Positions 48,454 to 60,957 of a DNA stretch of 64,000 nucleotides are shown piece after piece. Each line of letters starts with the position of its first letter. The stretch's first letter is position 1. A program made the position numbers and the translations under genes. The notes under the pieces are model-generated. The model did no database searches. It saw nothing but the letters and a program-made list of their open reading frames with translations, and had not been told where the DNA came from. Origin of the DNA: Amoebophrya sp. A120 (Eukaryota > Protista > Dinoflagellata); the NCBI GenBank assembly GCA_905178155.1, contig CAJINV010000008.1, forward strand, positions 1,860,001 through 1,924,000, read 5' to 3'.

Positions 48454-51400
48454 CTTGTGCTGCTACTCGTGTCTAGGAATAGAAAATACTTAATGATGCT
48501 TTAGATTTGCTGACATTTACAACTTCATTTGCAAATAAACCTAATACTTGAGCCTAGTTTTCCCCATCATGCTTTGCCACCGACGGCCTTACAAGAGTAA
48601 ATCCAGCAAGAACTCAATCTTCAACAGAGGGATACGACTGAAGACTTGATTTACTTTATTGCAATTTAGAAGGACTCCAAAATCTACTTCCGCATGTGAC
48701 AAAATGGGTAAGTGCTGCTTGTCATTTTTTGCCGTGAGAACTGTGTCAGTGTTCGGGTGGTCATGCAGCTTGTTCGCTTTGCGAAAAGTCAAATTTTCCA
48801 TCTTGACGATTTCATTTGGATTTCCCATCTGGCGCTCGAACCATACTGCCAGGGTATGAATCTATCCGAGCCTTACGACGACGATAGTAACAAGAGCACG
48901 AAGATCATATCGGAATGCAAGTCGGAATTCAAAAATCTTGTCGTCGAGCGCTTGAATAATAGGCAACCGAACTCGTACCTCTGTTTCCGTCATGCAGAGA
49001 GATCTATTTCTTCGACGTTCACCTCAGATCAAGTCAATGGTGCTCAGGATCCCGATGCATCTAAATGGAACTCAATAAACCAGTCAAGTCGCGAAACCAC
49101 GAGCCACACGTCAACCAGAGGACAGGATCTAGCTACTGAGCATCGATCGCAGCTTACCTGCTGAGACTGATGCTTTCCTAGTGCGGACAAAAACGCAAAT
49201 CTCCAAATCTGGCACAACCGACAGAAGGGCAGATTCGAAAATCTGAAATCAAGAAAAACCAGCAAGAGGGCAAAACAGGAGTGCCCGGCAGAGCACAGAC
49301 AACAGAACACCTCCTCGTTGTAGCACCAGGCGGAATTATGGCAGGTGAGTTCTGCGCGGCGTGCTCGCTTTTTCTGCGATCATATGTACGTATGGTTAGG
49401 TAGTGGTGGAAGATTTGGCTTTGTCGAGGTGGTGTCGTGAGATTTTGTCGAGAAGGAGAAACAAATATATTAGATACCATCAATCGGGTTAGTGTTTGCT
49501 TCCAGGGCGGCGGATATTTTCGATCGACTTTCTAAGGGAAATAAAAATGGGAAAAGCACATCTGCTATGGTCGTTCTTCGCCTCGTTATTTCCTGTCCAT
49601 AAGATGTTTCTCTGCACAGAATGAGTGTAGTAAATCCGATGTTTTGCTTTGCGGTGTTGATCGTTTGCCATTGCGAGTCGTGGTTGGGCAAATTTGTGAT
49701 GATGTGCTGAGCTTCGTATCGGTAATGTGCCGAGTCTGATTTCAAATTTGCTGTGGTGCAACGTCACTCGTGGCAAACTGTGCTGTGAATAAGAGTAAGC
49801 ACCTCCCCCCTGCAAGTAGCCATCAACTCCTTCCCGACAGTGTCGCTAAAAAAAAGCGGAGTTATTGAAGCGGGAATGGAGTCGCCAATAAAATGCAGAA
49901 GGTAGCTACCACTCGGCCAATCTCATCTCAGTTGCGGGTGTGGTTCGTTGGGCTAAAGGTAAAAAGTGGACGATCATAAAAATGGTAGATAACAAAACTA
50001 CGTCGTGTAATAAAAAAGAGTACATTAAATGTTTTCCGAAAAATTAGTAAATAAGCTTCAGCACCGACGGCAGAGCTATGGAACCCGCCTTGGATTGGGG
50101 TTCCTGTGTTCATGCCGCGTGTCAAAAGTCAAATTCTAATTTCATCGTAATAAATAACTATCGCAGCATAGATGTGGCTCTCTACTGCTTGTTCTGCTGT
50201 ATTATCAGTCATCCCCTAAAAAGAATACTCAAACATCGCCTAATTGGTACAAGTTTTTGTGATAGAAAGAAACGTCGCAAAAGAAATTTCAACAACTTTG
50301 CCTAAGTAGATCACTGCGCAACCCCCTGCAACATCGAAACTCCTGTTAAACTTCATTAACCTTGCCTATATCAATTCAGAAGAGCCTAATCCTTCTATTT
50401 TGCCTATAATTCCGAAAAAAGATCAAGATCGGTGGTGTCATAACGTCATAGAAACGGTGTGATATTAGATCATGTGAAGTACAAGCTAAAAGCATTTATC
50501 TAGAAACCTGGTGTGATTAAAAACTCGTTCGAAACTATTCGCCTGCGAATCATAATTCCGTTGCTCATTGTCACTGACACTGAAACTTCTGCATCAGAAA
50601 ATGTGAATATCAATATGCTCTGCATGATCGCCTTTCCTATCGGCATGGACGCGTTCCATCCTCTCTGGCAGGTTCGTGTCCGCGGTGTCTGCTTTTGCGC
50701 AAAAAACTCGCTTCAAGCACCAAACTATGAATTTCGTATTTCATGTAAAGCGACTTTCTGAAGCGACACACCTGCAGTAGCGTTTGCCGAAGGAGAAGGA
50801 CGGATACTGCGTCTGCGATACACGCGTCTATTATGATCAATGCTGCCAGAAACCCTTTTTCTTTTCGATACAGGAGGCTCGAGTGTAGATATCGTATTCT
50901 AGTATACTGGTACGGGTTAATCATTATCATAGGAAAGCTGAAGACTCAATTGATCCCTAATTCTGGTGGCTCTTTAGATGTTCATGAATAGTTATAGTTA
51001 TTTTTTTCCTTGCGATGCATTATTCGGACAACCGTAAATCTATGTGACAGAGGTGTTTTTTGCTGCTTTCCAAACGGACGCGGACACGGCCGCCAGAAGG
51101 ACCAAACCTTCTTGATGCGGCGTGAGTCACGACTGGTCTGTGCAGCATAATTTTCATTTTTGTCGTTTACAAACGCCTGCTTCCCCCCAGCATCGAGCTT
51201 GTCACTACGGCATTTCATGTACGTGTGTGTTTTGTTTTTGTAGCTACAGCCATGTAGTACCCAAATAAAAAATTCTCGGTGTGCATATCATTAGCCAACA
51301 TCAATTTTCTACTATATTCTCTTTAGTCAATAACAAGTTCAAAAATGATAAAATCGTATCAACAAAAGCCACAATGTAAGTCTCGTGATCCCGAGCTCCT

Positions 51401-52480
51401 ATCGTATTCGTAAATTCGGACAACTATAACCGCCATTCGAACAGTTATCCGAAACCCAAAATATAACTGTGAAGCTACGTAGTAGAGAAAAATATAAGCA
51501 AGCGCTGCTAGACAACCCCCCGCACACGATAGATGCAGCCATAGCCTTGAGCAGCGAGTGACTCAGACCCCGGTTGACATCTACTGCATGCGCAGACTAG
51601 CAACCATCTGCTGCACCGAACAAACTTCGTCTGAATTTCATCAATTATCATATATCATGTCATTTTTCAAGTGCACTAGAAGTGATATTACCCCTATGCA
51701 AAAATAAATCTCAGCGAAAATAGAGGCAGTGCAAAAGTACGATAAATCCTTGCGATAGGACTGCGAGGCAGCCACGTAAGCAAACCAACTCCACATATGT
51801 ATCGACAATGAGTTTATCGAAGAAGTAGAATATCAGTCATATCAACGTCAGCAGATAACACAACGACTCCACACCACCATCGGAAGTTTTTTTTTGATAT
51901 TTCTATTACACACATCTATACATGCCACATTTACAGCCTCCTACTTCTAGGTGTCTCTGATACCTATTGGTCCTGCCTGATGAGACGTGACGAAACTCAC
52001 GCCAGCCTAACCGACGTGTGTTCGAAACTATCTTCCGCATCTTTTCTGCAGGAAATTAGAAACTGACTCAGTGCGCTGCAGAAGATCATTTTGGGATTGT
52101 CTACCAGAAGATATGGAGCCAGCATCTGTGACAAGGAAGTGCGCACAGCACTCCAGGTTATGCATCGTACAGGGTATTCACCTGAAACCACCAGAATGTA
52201 ATAGTAATGAGCCTCATTGATTCAGGGTCGAAATAGTTTCTTTAATTATTTCCGGCAAAGATTTTACAACAATGAAATCGTATAGACGCAGTTACTAAAC
52301 CGCAAAGCTTTCAGTTTTAATCATTTGACTTTCATAGCATTAACATTGTACAGCATCGATAAAAATTTGTACCAATCTAAAATTTTCACATTTTCTAATT
52401 TTCGCAGAAGAATAGTCCCGTTGAATCACTCGATGAAGATGATCCTGTTCCTCACCTCTCGTCTTCTATCTAAGACTGTG

Positions 52481-55400
52481 TCAGTGACTGAGGCGGTATT
52501 GCAGGCCCTGCAGGAGAATTCGTGCGAGCGATTTTGCGACGTAGAGCGTGTCTCCGGGGTCGTCATCGTTGTTGCGACCAGAGAACGCGTGGCCCTTGCT
52601 GGGACAAAACCGGTCCCAGTTGTGTGCGTAGGCGACTAACAACTTCCGCAAGATGACGCGCGCCACCTTCTGCCCGAAGCACCGGCGCACCCCCGCTCCA
52701 AACGGCACCGCACGGAAGCGGCACTTCTTCTCGTCGTGCCACCGATTTGGATCAAACAGGGACGGGGTTTCTTCCTCGTATGCGTTCAATTCGGTTGCAG
52801 TAGGCAAAGATGATGTTGCATCTGCGGGTTTATTGCTGCTTCCACTTTCGCCGCCCTTACTCGTTTGATGCTCCTGCTGTGCCGCGAGGAAAGGGCACGC
52901 GGATGATCCCATCCCGCTGCTCGCCATCATACCACTCACCGGACAGGTGCTCTTCTCGCCCTGCACATACTGGTCGTACTCAATGAACACCTGGGTACCC
53001 TTCTTGAACCGGACGTCGCCCGTGGCCTCGTCAAACACGTCCTTCGTCACGGTCCGCTCCAGAATCGGGAACGGGTGCGCACACCGCATGCCCTCCAACA
53101 CCACGCGGTCCGCCACCTCCTCGCTGGGGGTTCGCTCCCGCAGACCCAACTGGATGCCCGTGTTCGGGTGGGGCTGCGCGTTCGGGTCGGGGTTCTGTGA
53201 GTGTCGTGAAAAAGAAAAGTATTACGTGAATGTGTGTGATTTTTATATACTCAAACTCATGTTTCAGAAACAATAATGCTGCAGAAGAATACAACAAAAT
53301 CCCCGATCTACTAGCAGTGCACTTGACGTTCAGACAGGCTGGCATTTGTTCCTATCTTTTTGGCGACGAGAAAGGTGGTACTTGTATTTCCCAGAAACGA
53401 GTTGACACAAGTCATGCTCAACAAAATCTTGGATACTAAAGCTGCACCTTTCAAAAACACTAAGTAGGTCATTTAGTTCACCATGTTTGTACTGTTTTTT
53501 ACCTTCGAGAATTGCGTGGGATTGCAGATTTCTTCTCGCCAGTGGGGGTGTCGGTCTAGTATCTTTTTCAAGGAGCTGAACACGTCGGCAAAGTTGATCA
53601 TGGGCGAAATTATCATGGGCTGCAGAATGCACGAGAGCGTTTGTATGTTGTCCCAATCGAAGTGGTAGTTGTCCGCCATCTTTTGCGTCTCGGACCGGGT
53701 CCTCCGCACCACCGGATTGGGCTGAGACGGGGCAAGCGCGTCGCGGTCCGCGGTCGTTGTACTGGACGTAGTTCTTGAGGTCCTCCCTAGCTGAACTCCG
53801 TCGTCGTGTGGTTCCGCTGCGCCAGGATCCTGCTCCCCGCTCTGGTTCCGGAAAAACGGACTTTCCTTCAGCGATTTCCGCATGAAGGCCAGAAACGCGA
53901 GTTTCAGCTCGCTGTCCGCGAGGCCCTTCATCGCGATCATCTTGCGCCACTCGTCCACCGCGCGGTGCGCCATGTCGCACTCTTCCGGCGTGGGGTACTT
54001 GTCCGTCAACAGCTTGTAGAAGATCTCGAACGAGTGCCGCGTCACGTCCGCGCACTTCACCTCGCACTCCTCCTTGCTCTTCGAAAACGAAAGCTTCTTC
54101 GTTTTGCTCGTCGTGGGCGACGGTCGGGACGACGAAGGCTCCTTGGGGCAGGCCCACGTGTTTGACGTTGCGGTCACTCCCCCCGTCTGCGATGCTGTCG
54201 TTGAAGTAGACTGCTGGTGTAGTTCTCGACAAGAAGTTGCACTAGTGGGCTGCGGCTCGAGATGATCTGATTTGTTCATGCTGGTACAGCCCGTCTGCGC
54301 GGCGGCGCCTATGTCGGCTGCAGTCCCCGTCAACTCCTCCAACGAGCACCCGGCCACATCGCTGCCGGTCCGCGGCCGGGAGCTAGCGGTGTCCACGTCC
54401 TGCGAGGAGGTTGAGTTCTTGTCCTTCTGGCAGTCGTGCACGTCCGTCGTGTTACTGCTGGCGCTGCTGTCGAACTTGCCCAGGGTCAACTTCATTTCGG
54501 ATGAAGCAGGGGGCCCCGGTGCAGTGGAAGTAGTGGCACCTCCACCGACGTGCAGATGTTGTGCGGAAAACTCTTCCACGTCGCTCACCTCGCGGCTGCT
54601 GTCGTGGGTGGTGGAGGACTGCGCGGTGAGGGTCGAAGCCGTGGGCGTCATCGTGTGGATTGTGGTCGAGCTTGGGGTGGACAGGAAGTCGGGGCATTCC
54701 GTGGTCACCTCCGACACGTTCCGCTGCATGCGGCTGTTGGCCGTGCCGATCCGTAGGTTGGCGTCGCGCTCGATCACCTCATCGATCACCTTGTCGAGGC
54801 GGTCAAAGATGTCGATTCGCGCAAACACCATCCCCAGCGACTCCTTCATCTTAATCGCTTCCGGGTACGTCACCGATTCCACCGAACGGACCGGACTCCA
54901 AGCGGGGCAGGCGATCAGCTCTTCCACGAAGTGACCTGTGTGCGATAAAAACTCCATCAGGGGTGCGATCAGAGGTTGTAGATTGATAGCTATAAAATCG
55001 GGTGCCGTGTATTTCTAGTGTGGTAAGATAAAGTAGTACCTGCTATGTGGCCGCAAAAAACAAGTCATTCATAGCAATTCAATTGGTTGTTATACAGGAA
55101 TCTCAACGGTTTCAACTCAACGAGTGCATCTCAACGGCCTGATAGGCCTCAACGACTTTCCGATGACCTCAACGACTGGTCTCAACGAAAAACACGGCCA
55201 AGAACTCACCGGCGCAAAAGACGGCAGCCCCATGGAAAAAGCAAAGCAACAGACCCACCGGGCGGGAAACGAAGGCCACGCAATTCGAAAAGCACAAGGC
55301 GCAACGGGAGCACGCGCGCCGGGAAGGCACAGCACAACGGCAGAAGAAGAGAATCGTCGGGCAGGGCAGCCGCCGCCGGCCGGCCGGCGGCGGCTGCCCT

Positions 55401-55700
55401 GCCCGACGACCCTAAACCCCAAGCCCTATTTTGTGTGCCGGCCGTTGAGGTATATTTCTCAACGTTGAGCTGTGAGGTCTCAACGTTGAGATCTAAGAGC
55501 GCAGTTGAGATTCCTGTAGTACAACCAATTCAATTGCGTTCTCGGAGCATCTCCTTGATGTACCAGCAGTTCACATCACTTATACTACCTTTGTTGCTTC
55601 CCTCCAGAACTTTCTCGATCAACTCTGGATCCTTGACCGGGTCTAGGAAATCTACTGGGGTTCCCTGCAAGAGAGCCAGGAGTTTCAAAAAAATCCGACG
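52481..55700 (-). CDS. Cytochrome P450 domain (C-terminal module of the putative fusion gene)
   Basis: ExxR (EGMR), FDPNRW and heme motif PFGAGVRRCFG. N-terminal part VLEGSNKG|HFVEELIACPAWSPVRSVESV is joined by a GT-AG intron (about 54936-55588). Confidence 0.85.
55085..55526. mobile_element. MITE with a 9-bp TSD (Mutator-like), inside a canonical intron
   Basis: TIR GGTTGTTATACAGGAATCTCAAC / GTTGAGATTCCTGTAGTACAACC. AATTCAATT at 55076-55084 and 55527-55535. Subterminal CTCAACG/CGTTGAG repeats. Confidence 0.8.
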
Positions 55701-57720
55701 CTCACTCACCCCGCCGACGCCGTTCCCGCAGCGCACCCCACGCACCATCTCGCCAACGGGCTCCAACGCTTTGGTTAGGAAATTGAATTGCGTGGGAACG
55801 AGTCGCTGGTACTCGAGGTAGTTCGCGCGCAGCTCCTCCGACTTGAGCATCTCGCGCTCCTCGTCATTGGCACTGTAGCTGAAGATCTGCAGTGCGATCC
55901 CGAAGTGCAGCAGGGGGATCAGGACCATGAACAGCACAAGCTTGGTCCCCGACGCGGCATAGCTTTGGAGCGAGGCGAAGTGCCAGAAGCGGGATGCTGC
56001 TGTGGTCACCGTCGCTGCGGCCGCGAGGATGTCGGCTTCCTTGTTCCTGGAACCATTAGCAGCGTCCTCCGCGGTGACGGAACTGAATCCGCAGAAAAGC
56101 GCGACAACCGCGAAGGCAAGCGCGGTCGCGTGCAAGATGTGGGCGGCAAACCCGGGGTGGCGGCAGTAGCTGTAGATGCCGGCCATGGTTACCGTGCGCA
56201 CGTCCTCCACTTCCTGAATAGTGGTACCGCTGTGCTTCTTCGTCTTCGGCTCCGACTTGCTCGACTTCCGGCCCGTGTTGGTCTCGTGCGTCTTTTTCAT
56301 GTCGCTAAATTCCTCGTCCGGAAGCTGCAGACACCGCGCGGACGGAATCACAAAGAAAACAGCGAGCATGCAGCTGCCTACTCGTGTAAATACGGAGAAG
56401 ATTTTTGATCTGTCATGGAAGATGAAAATGCATTTGAGTGAATACTGTATCCCAGGAATTTTTTTGATTTTTTTCGTGTGTTTCTACTTTCGCATTAACA
56501 CGACACATATGCTTTGCTAGCTGTTTTCTGCCGGGGGATAGACCGGTCGTAGTGGTCACATTCGTCCATGCTGCGGTACCGCAAATAGCAGGCCGCCGCG
56601 GTGAGTAGTATGGACAACAGGAAGAGCAGGGCCTGCTGCACCGTCGATAAAATCTTCTGGTCGGCGGCTTGTTGCTGCTGCTGTTCAAGAACAGTTGTCC
56701 CACTCAAGGACGAAGAGAAAAAGCCGGCGCAATGCTGGAACAGCACTACGCCGAAGTAGCACACCACCATCGGCGCCCCCAGCGCCCATAAGTAGTGGAC
56801 GCCCCACACGATATCAAGAAGAAAAATCCCCCCTCCCCATATCGAAAACGAAATTTCTGATGCAGTATTTGAGTACACAAATCGCATCTGTCTTGCTGGA
56901 GAGGACTGCAGACCCATATCAAGCCTGAATAGAGAGGCTTTGACTTAGGCGCTTAGCATGAAAAGCGTCCGCGATGTTGGCTCAACAGCATGACAAACCG
57001 GCTCCATAATGGGACGGAAGCTGCTGCCCTTGTCTTCTTGCAACACACACGTGATTTGTGACCTCAAATCAGCAACACAAATTTTCGAAAACCTACCTCT
57101 TCAATATGGGGAGGGGGGATTTTTCCTTGCGATACACGAGCCCGGCGCGCTTCCAGTCCTCCGCGGAACGCGGCGTACGGTAAATCTGCTCCGAACCGTA
57201 TCAAATGCAAAAATGTCTGGGTCTGGAAGATTGCAACTTGTAATGCTGTCTGCGGATTCTAAAAATATCTGTGTTGCATGAGCACCAAGAGGAGCCAGCT
57301 CTTGGCACGCGAAGAGGGCACTTCTCATGCGTAATTAGCATCAAGAAGCTCTCAAAAAATCTGTGATGCTAGCACCAGCATCACAGACCTCACGGGTCAT
57401 GCAAAATGTGCATGACAAGCCCCGACTCTTCCAGACCCAGACATTTTTGCAGTTGATAAACCGAGGGAGTAGGCAAAGTTGAGGAAGACGACGAGAAGGA
57501 ACTGCAGAGCGAAGAAAAACCGGGTTTTGGTCGTCTGCGAGAAAAAAGCACCTGCCTCGGCATTGTGGTAATCAGCGCTGCTAGAAGTAGAACCACTCGA
57601 ATTTAATATCTTCCCGGCGCCGCGGTAGGCCAAGTCGACCTGGCAGAGGAAAAAAACGGCCGCGATGCAGCAACAGCTGATCAGGGTCTGCGCGTAGTGG
57701 TTTTGCTTCGCTGTTTTCTT
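55701..57720 (-). CDS. ICMT/PEMT-like multi-pass membrane methyltransferase domain (module of the putative fusion gene)
   Basis: Several TM segments, then GIYSYCRHPGF...EEREML...YLEYQRLVP, matching the G.Y..RHP...EE..L...Y..Y...VP pattern of the ICMT/PEMT/DUF1295 clan. Confidence 0.7.
56812..57134. mobile_element. Introner element, family B (323 bp, TSD CACGA)
   Basis: TIRs TATCAAGAAGAAAAATCCCCCCTCCCCAT / ATGGGGAGGGGGGATTTTTCCTTGCGATA. Removal gives KRAGLV|WGVHYLW. Confidence 0.92.
57199..57458. mobile_element. Introner element, family C (260 bp, TSD AACCG)
   Basis: TIRs TATCAAATGCAAAAATGTCTGGGTCTGGAAGA / TCTTCCAGACCCAGACATTTTTGCAGTTGATA. Removal gives FAYSLG|SEQIYR. Confidence 0.92.
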
Positions 57721-60685
57721 CAGCAGCGGGTCCTGTTCCTCGTCGCCTCCCGCCATCTTCAGCAGCTTATCGAGCACGTTATGCAGAAACCGCAGCAGAA
57801 TGTTCTCCGCCGGTTTCTTTTCCCACTCCAGGCCCGCGACTTTCTGGTGCGTCACGAGGAGGTCGAGCACCTCTTTTCCATACAGAGAGCCGTACTTGAA
57901 ACCGTAGCCGTCCAGCCCGGAAGCGAGAATCACCCGGTTGTCATAGTCCGGAATGAAATCCAAAATTGCCCCAAACTTCTCCTCGGAACCTGAAGAAGGA
58001 GTCGAGTGCGAGTACGTAGTCGCGCAGTTATTTTTTCACATAGAGAATCACGCGCGGCCACACGCTCTCTTCGATGATCGCAGTGACAAAAAGCGTTCCT
58101 TGGCTATTCTCAACAACAGAGAGGGGTTGCGGTAGAGTAAGAAGATGAAAAATAGACATAAGTTGCTCCACTAGGTAGTATGTTTCTTGTACCTACTTGT
58201 CATGACCACGGCAGAGCCTGCGGTCGTGAAGAGAGGATACGGACCACATCAGCTGCTCACAAACTATAAACAGTTAGTTGCATTGTTCTAGTTGTATACC
58301 GATTGACAATTGCGGGTATCGGCAGCTGTACTGCTGAGCCGGCTTTTTAGACACGAGCGCGTCCTCCCGAATGTAGTCCGTCAGAAACTGATCCACAGTG
58401 GCGATGTGGTCGTCCGAATGCGTTTGGTTCTCCGGATCCGCACACCACTTGGACGGGTAGTTGGGACGGATGGACATCACCTGTAGATATTTCGATCGCG
58501 TACACTTTCGCTTTGGATTTGGTGTTGCTCGTACTGCGACATGCAAATGAATTTACACTTCTGCAGTAGCCGTGGAATCGAATTGATGGCACACGCATGT
58601 TTAGCGAGATCGAGCCACATTCTTGCCCGTCAACAAGAAAGTCTAAAACTTTGCTGGTGAGCCACGCCTTCCAGACTTACGGTGTTAGTAGTAGCTTGTA
58701 GTAGAAATGATAGCAACTAAAATGACGCTCGAACAGAGAGGAGGAGACCGAGACGGAGATGAAAAAATACGAAATGAAACATCCAATACCTTATGCCCTT
58801 CGTGCGCGACTGCCATGGGGAACCCGTAGATTCTTGCACCCGGGAACGCAAAAAGCGGGCAGTGATTCTCCACCGACAGTGGCGGCGGCTGCGGGGAGGT
58901 GCTTGCTATGAAATGCAAAAATGTCTGGGTATGGAAACTTGTGATGCTAAAATGTGCATGATGAAAACACTTCCGAATGCAGTCCGGCATGACAACTTCC
59001 CAAAACGCTTTCTCATAGGCAATCCGCATGAGAAACTGCGACTTTGCATGACAAAAGAGGCTGCGACTTTTGTTCGTTATGCAATACAGATTTTCTAGGT
59101 ATGGAAAGCTAGCATTACAAGTCCCAACCTTCCAGACCCAGACATTTTTACAATCGATACTTGCCTTCCGTCGCTTGTTTGGCGATGAAGGGGCTCCTGC
59201 TCCTATTACAGTGAAAAGTGCCCCCCTTCCCTGAAATCGCAAAAAGTTGTGATGCGAAGTTTCCGAAAGAAAACCCTTTGTCATGCATGAAAGGAGTATG
59301 AATCTTTCTGATGCAGGGTTTAGGCGTGTATCGCATCGCTTGCATGACAAGCGCCTCTCTTGCTGGGGTCTTTTGCAATACAAATTTTTGCTATTCACGA
59401 TTGGAAACTTGTGATGCTGATAGATGCAAGAGGTCGAGTGTTTCATTTGGAAAGGTTTGCAATACAAATGCTGCCAAGTTCGGGGGTGGGGGCATTTTTC
59501 ATTGTAATAGCTCCTGGGCTAGTTTCCGCGGAATTGTTGACATTCACATCGTAGCTGGGGCACGTGAAGACGCCGATCTTGGTCTTTGTCTTGAAACCCA
59601 TGTTCTCGAGCAGCTCGCCGGTCCAACCGCCCCCCGCAATCACGACGTGCTTGGCACGCAGCTGGAAGGAGCTGTGTGTCGGATCCTGGCTGTCTGCGTC
59701 CTCGTCCTCGGCAGGTTTACTTATTCCGGTCGAGGATGTCGTTGTTGATCCGCCCGTCGTGTACTTTTCTTGCCTCACCACGTCCACGCAGTCTACAACG
59801 ATTATCGTCTCGGTCGCGGTGGCGTTTTTGCTATGCCTATCGGGACTCTTACTTCTCACTTTCCGCACGTTGGTCACGCGGGTGTTCCCCCGAATAGCGA
59901 AATTACTATTTTCTGTTTTTTTACCACCATTGCAGCCGTCTACAAGAACTGGAGATTGATGTCCACCTTCTCCTGTCAAGGTTGCTTGCCCGGCGGGACC
60001 CTTAACATCGCTAGTGCAGCTGCTCTCCAAGGAAACGAAGTTTCCTTTTTTGTGGAAAAACGCCAAAATCTGCTTGGTGTACAGGGCCGCGGCGTCGCTG
60101 TAGTAGATGCCAAACACGTTCCAGGATTTGAACTGAAACGCGTTCTTCGGGAGCTTATTCAGCACCTGGGTGCGGTTCCACAGCAGTTCCAACCCCCGTG
60201 GCAGGGAGTCTGCGCCCGCGAAAACGCGGCGGAGCGTCCACCAGCACAGAAACGCGATCAGCAGCAACCAGCCGAAGGGGAAGATTGAAACGACGAGTAC
60301 CTCCCCGATTACGTCAAACAGTGGCAGCGGTGGCTTTCTTTTTTGCCCGGTTGTTCTGCCCTCCTCCTCCTCTTCGATTTTCTCTATTTCCTTCAAATCG
60401 CACCAACTTGTCCACGCCTCCCGCACCCGGGTCCCGGGCGCCAGGTCCAACGTGCCAATCCTGCGCGGCCCGCCCCGGCTGCTGCCCATCGACTCCGAAT
60501 TCGGGTCGTGCGCGCGCTTGTTTTCGTTGGCCACGTCCCACTGCTCGACCAAGCAAACCTTGGCCCCACGCTCGGCCAGCGTGTATGCGGTAGAAGACCC
60601 CGCAATCCCGGCACCAACGACGATCACATCGTACTCGCTGTTGTCGAGGGAGGAACTTGTGCTGCCCCCTTCCACGTCGGAATAT
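57721..60685 (-). CDS. FAD-dependent oxidoreductase, sarcosine oxidase/DAO-like domain (module of the putative fusion gene)
   Basis: YDVIVVGAGIAGSSTAYTLAERGAKVCLVEQ, GSSRGGPR, AKHVVIAGGGW, IYGFP, ILDFIP...SGLDGYGFKYGSLYG. Confidence 0.88.
58907..59159. mobile_element. Introner element, family C (253 bp, TSD CTTGC)
   Basis: TIRs TATGAAATGCAAAAATGTCTGGGTATGGAA / TTCCAGACCCAGACATTTTTACAATCGATA. Removal gives KRRKA|STSPQPP. Confidence 0.9.
59204..59509. mobile_element. Introner element, family A (306 bp, TSD GCTCC), inverted relative to 47107-47413
   Basis: TIRs TATTACAGTGAAAAGTGCCCC / GGGGCATTTTTCATTGTAATA. Removal gives ETSPG|AGAPSSP. Confidence 0.93.
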
Positions 60686-60957
60686 CTGCGTGATTGTTTC
60701 GCGGATTTCGAGTCACGGACGTTCAAGTTTTAGTTTTATCAAACAGGAAAGTAAATAAAGCAGGAACCGCAAGAATGGCATTCAGCAGAAGTGGCGGTAA
60801 TGGTTGCTCGTGGTTCAAGAAAAAATCGAAAGTCCTCGTCGAGTAACAATGCATGATAGAGGACATTTCTAGTCACTCATTTCAAACCAATTGGAGGAAC
60901 TCCTGTAGTTTTTCACTCCCGTCATGCAAAGTAACAAACAACTGACAAACAAATTAC

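Noticed and set aside
55100-55190. CTCAACG repeats with short spacers, superficially CRISPR- or iteron-like
   Set aside because: The 7-bp units are irregularly spaced and mirrored at the other end of a TIR element. The context is eukaryotic and there are no cas genes.
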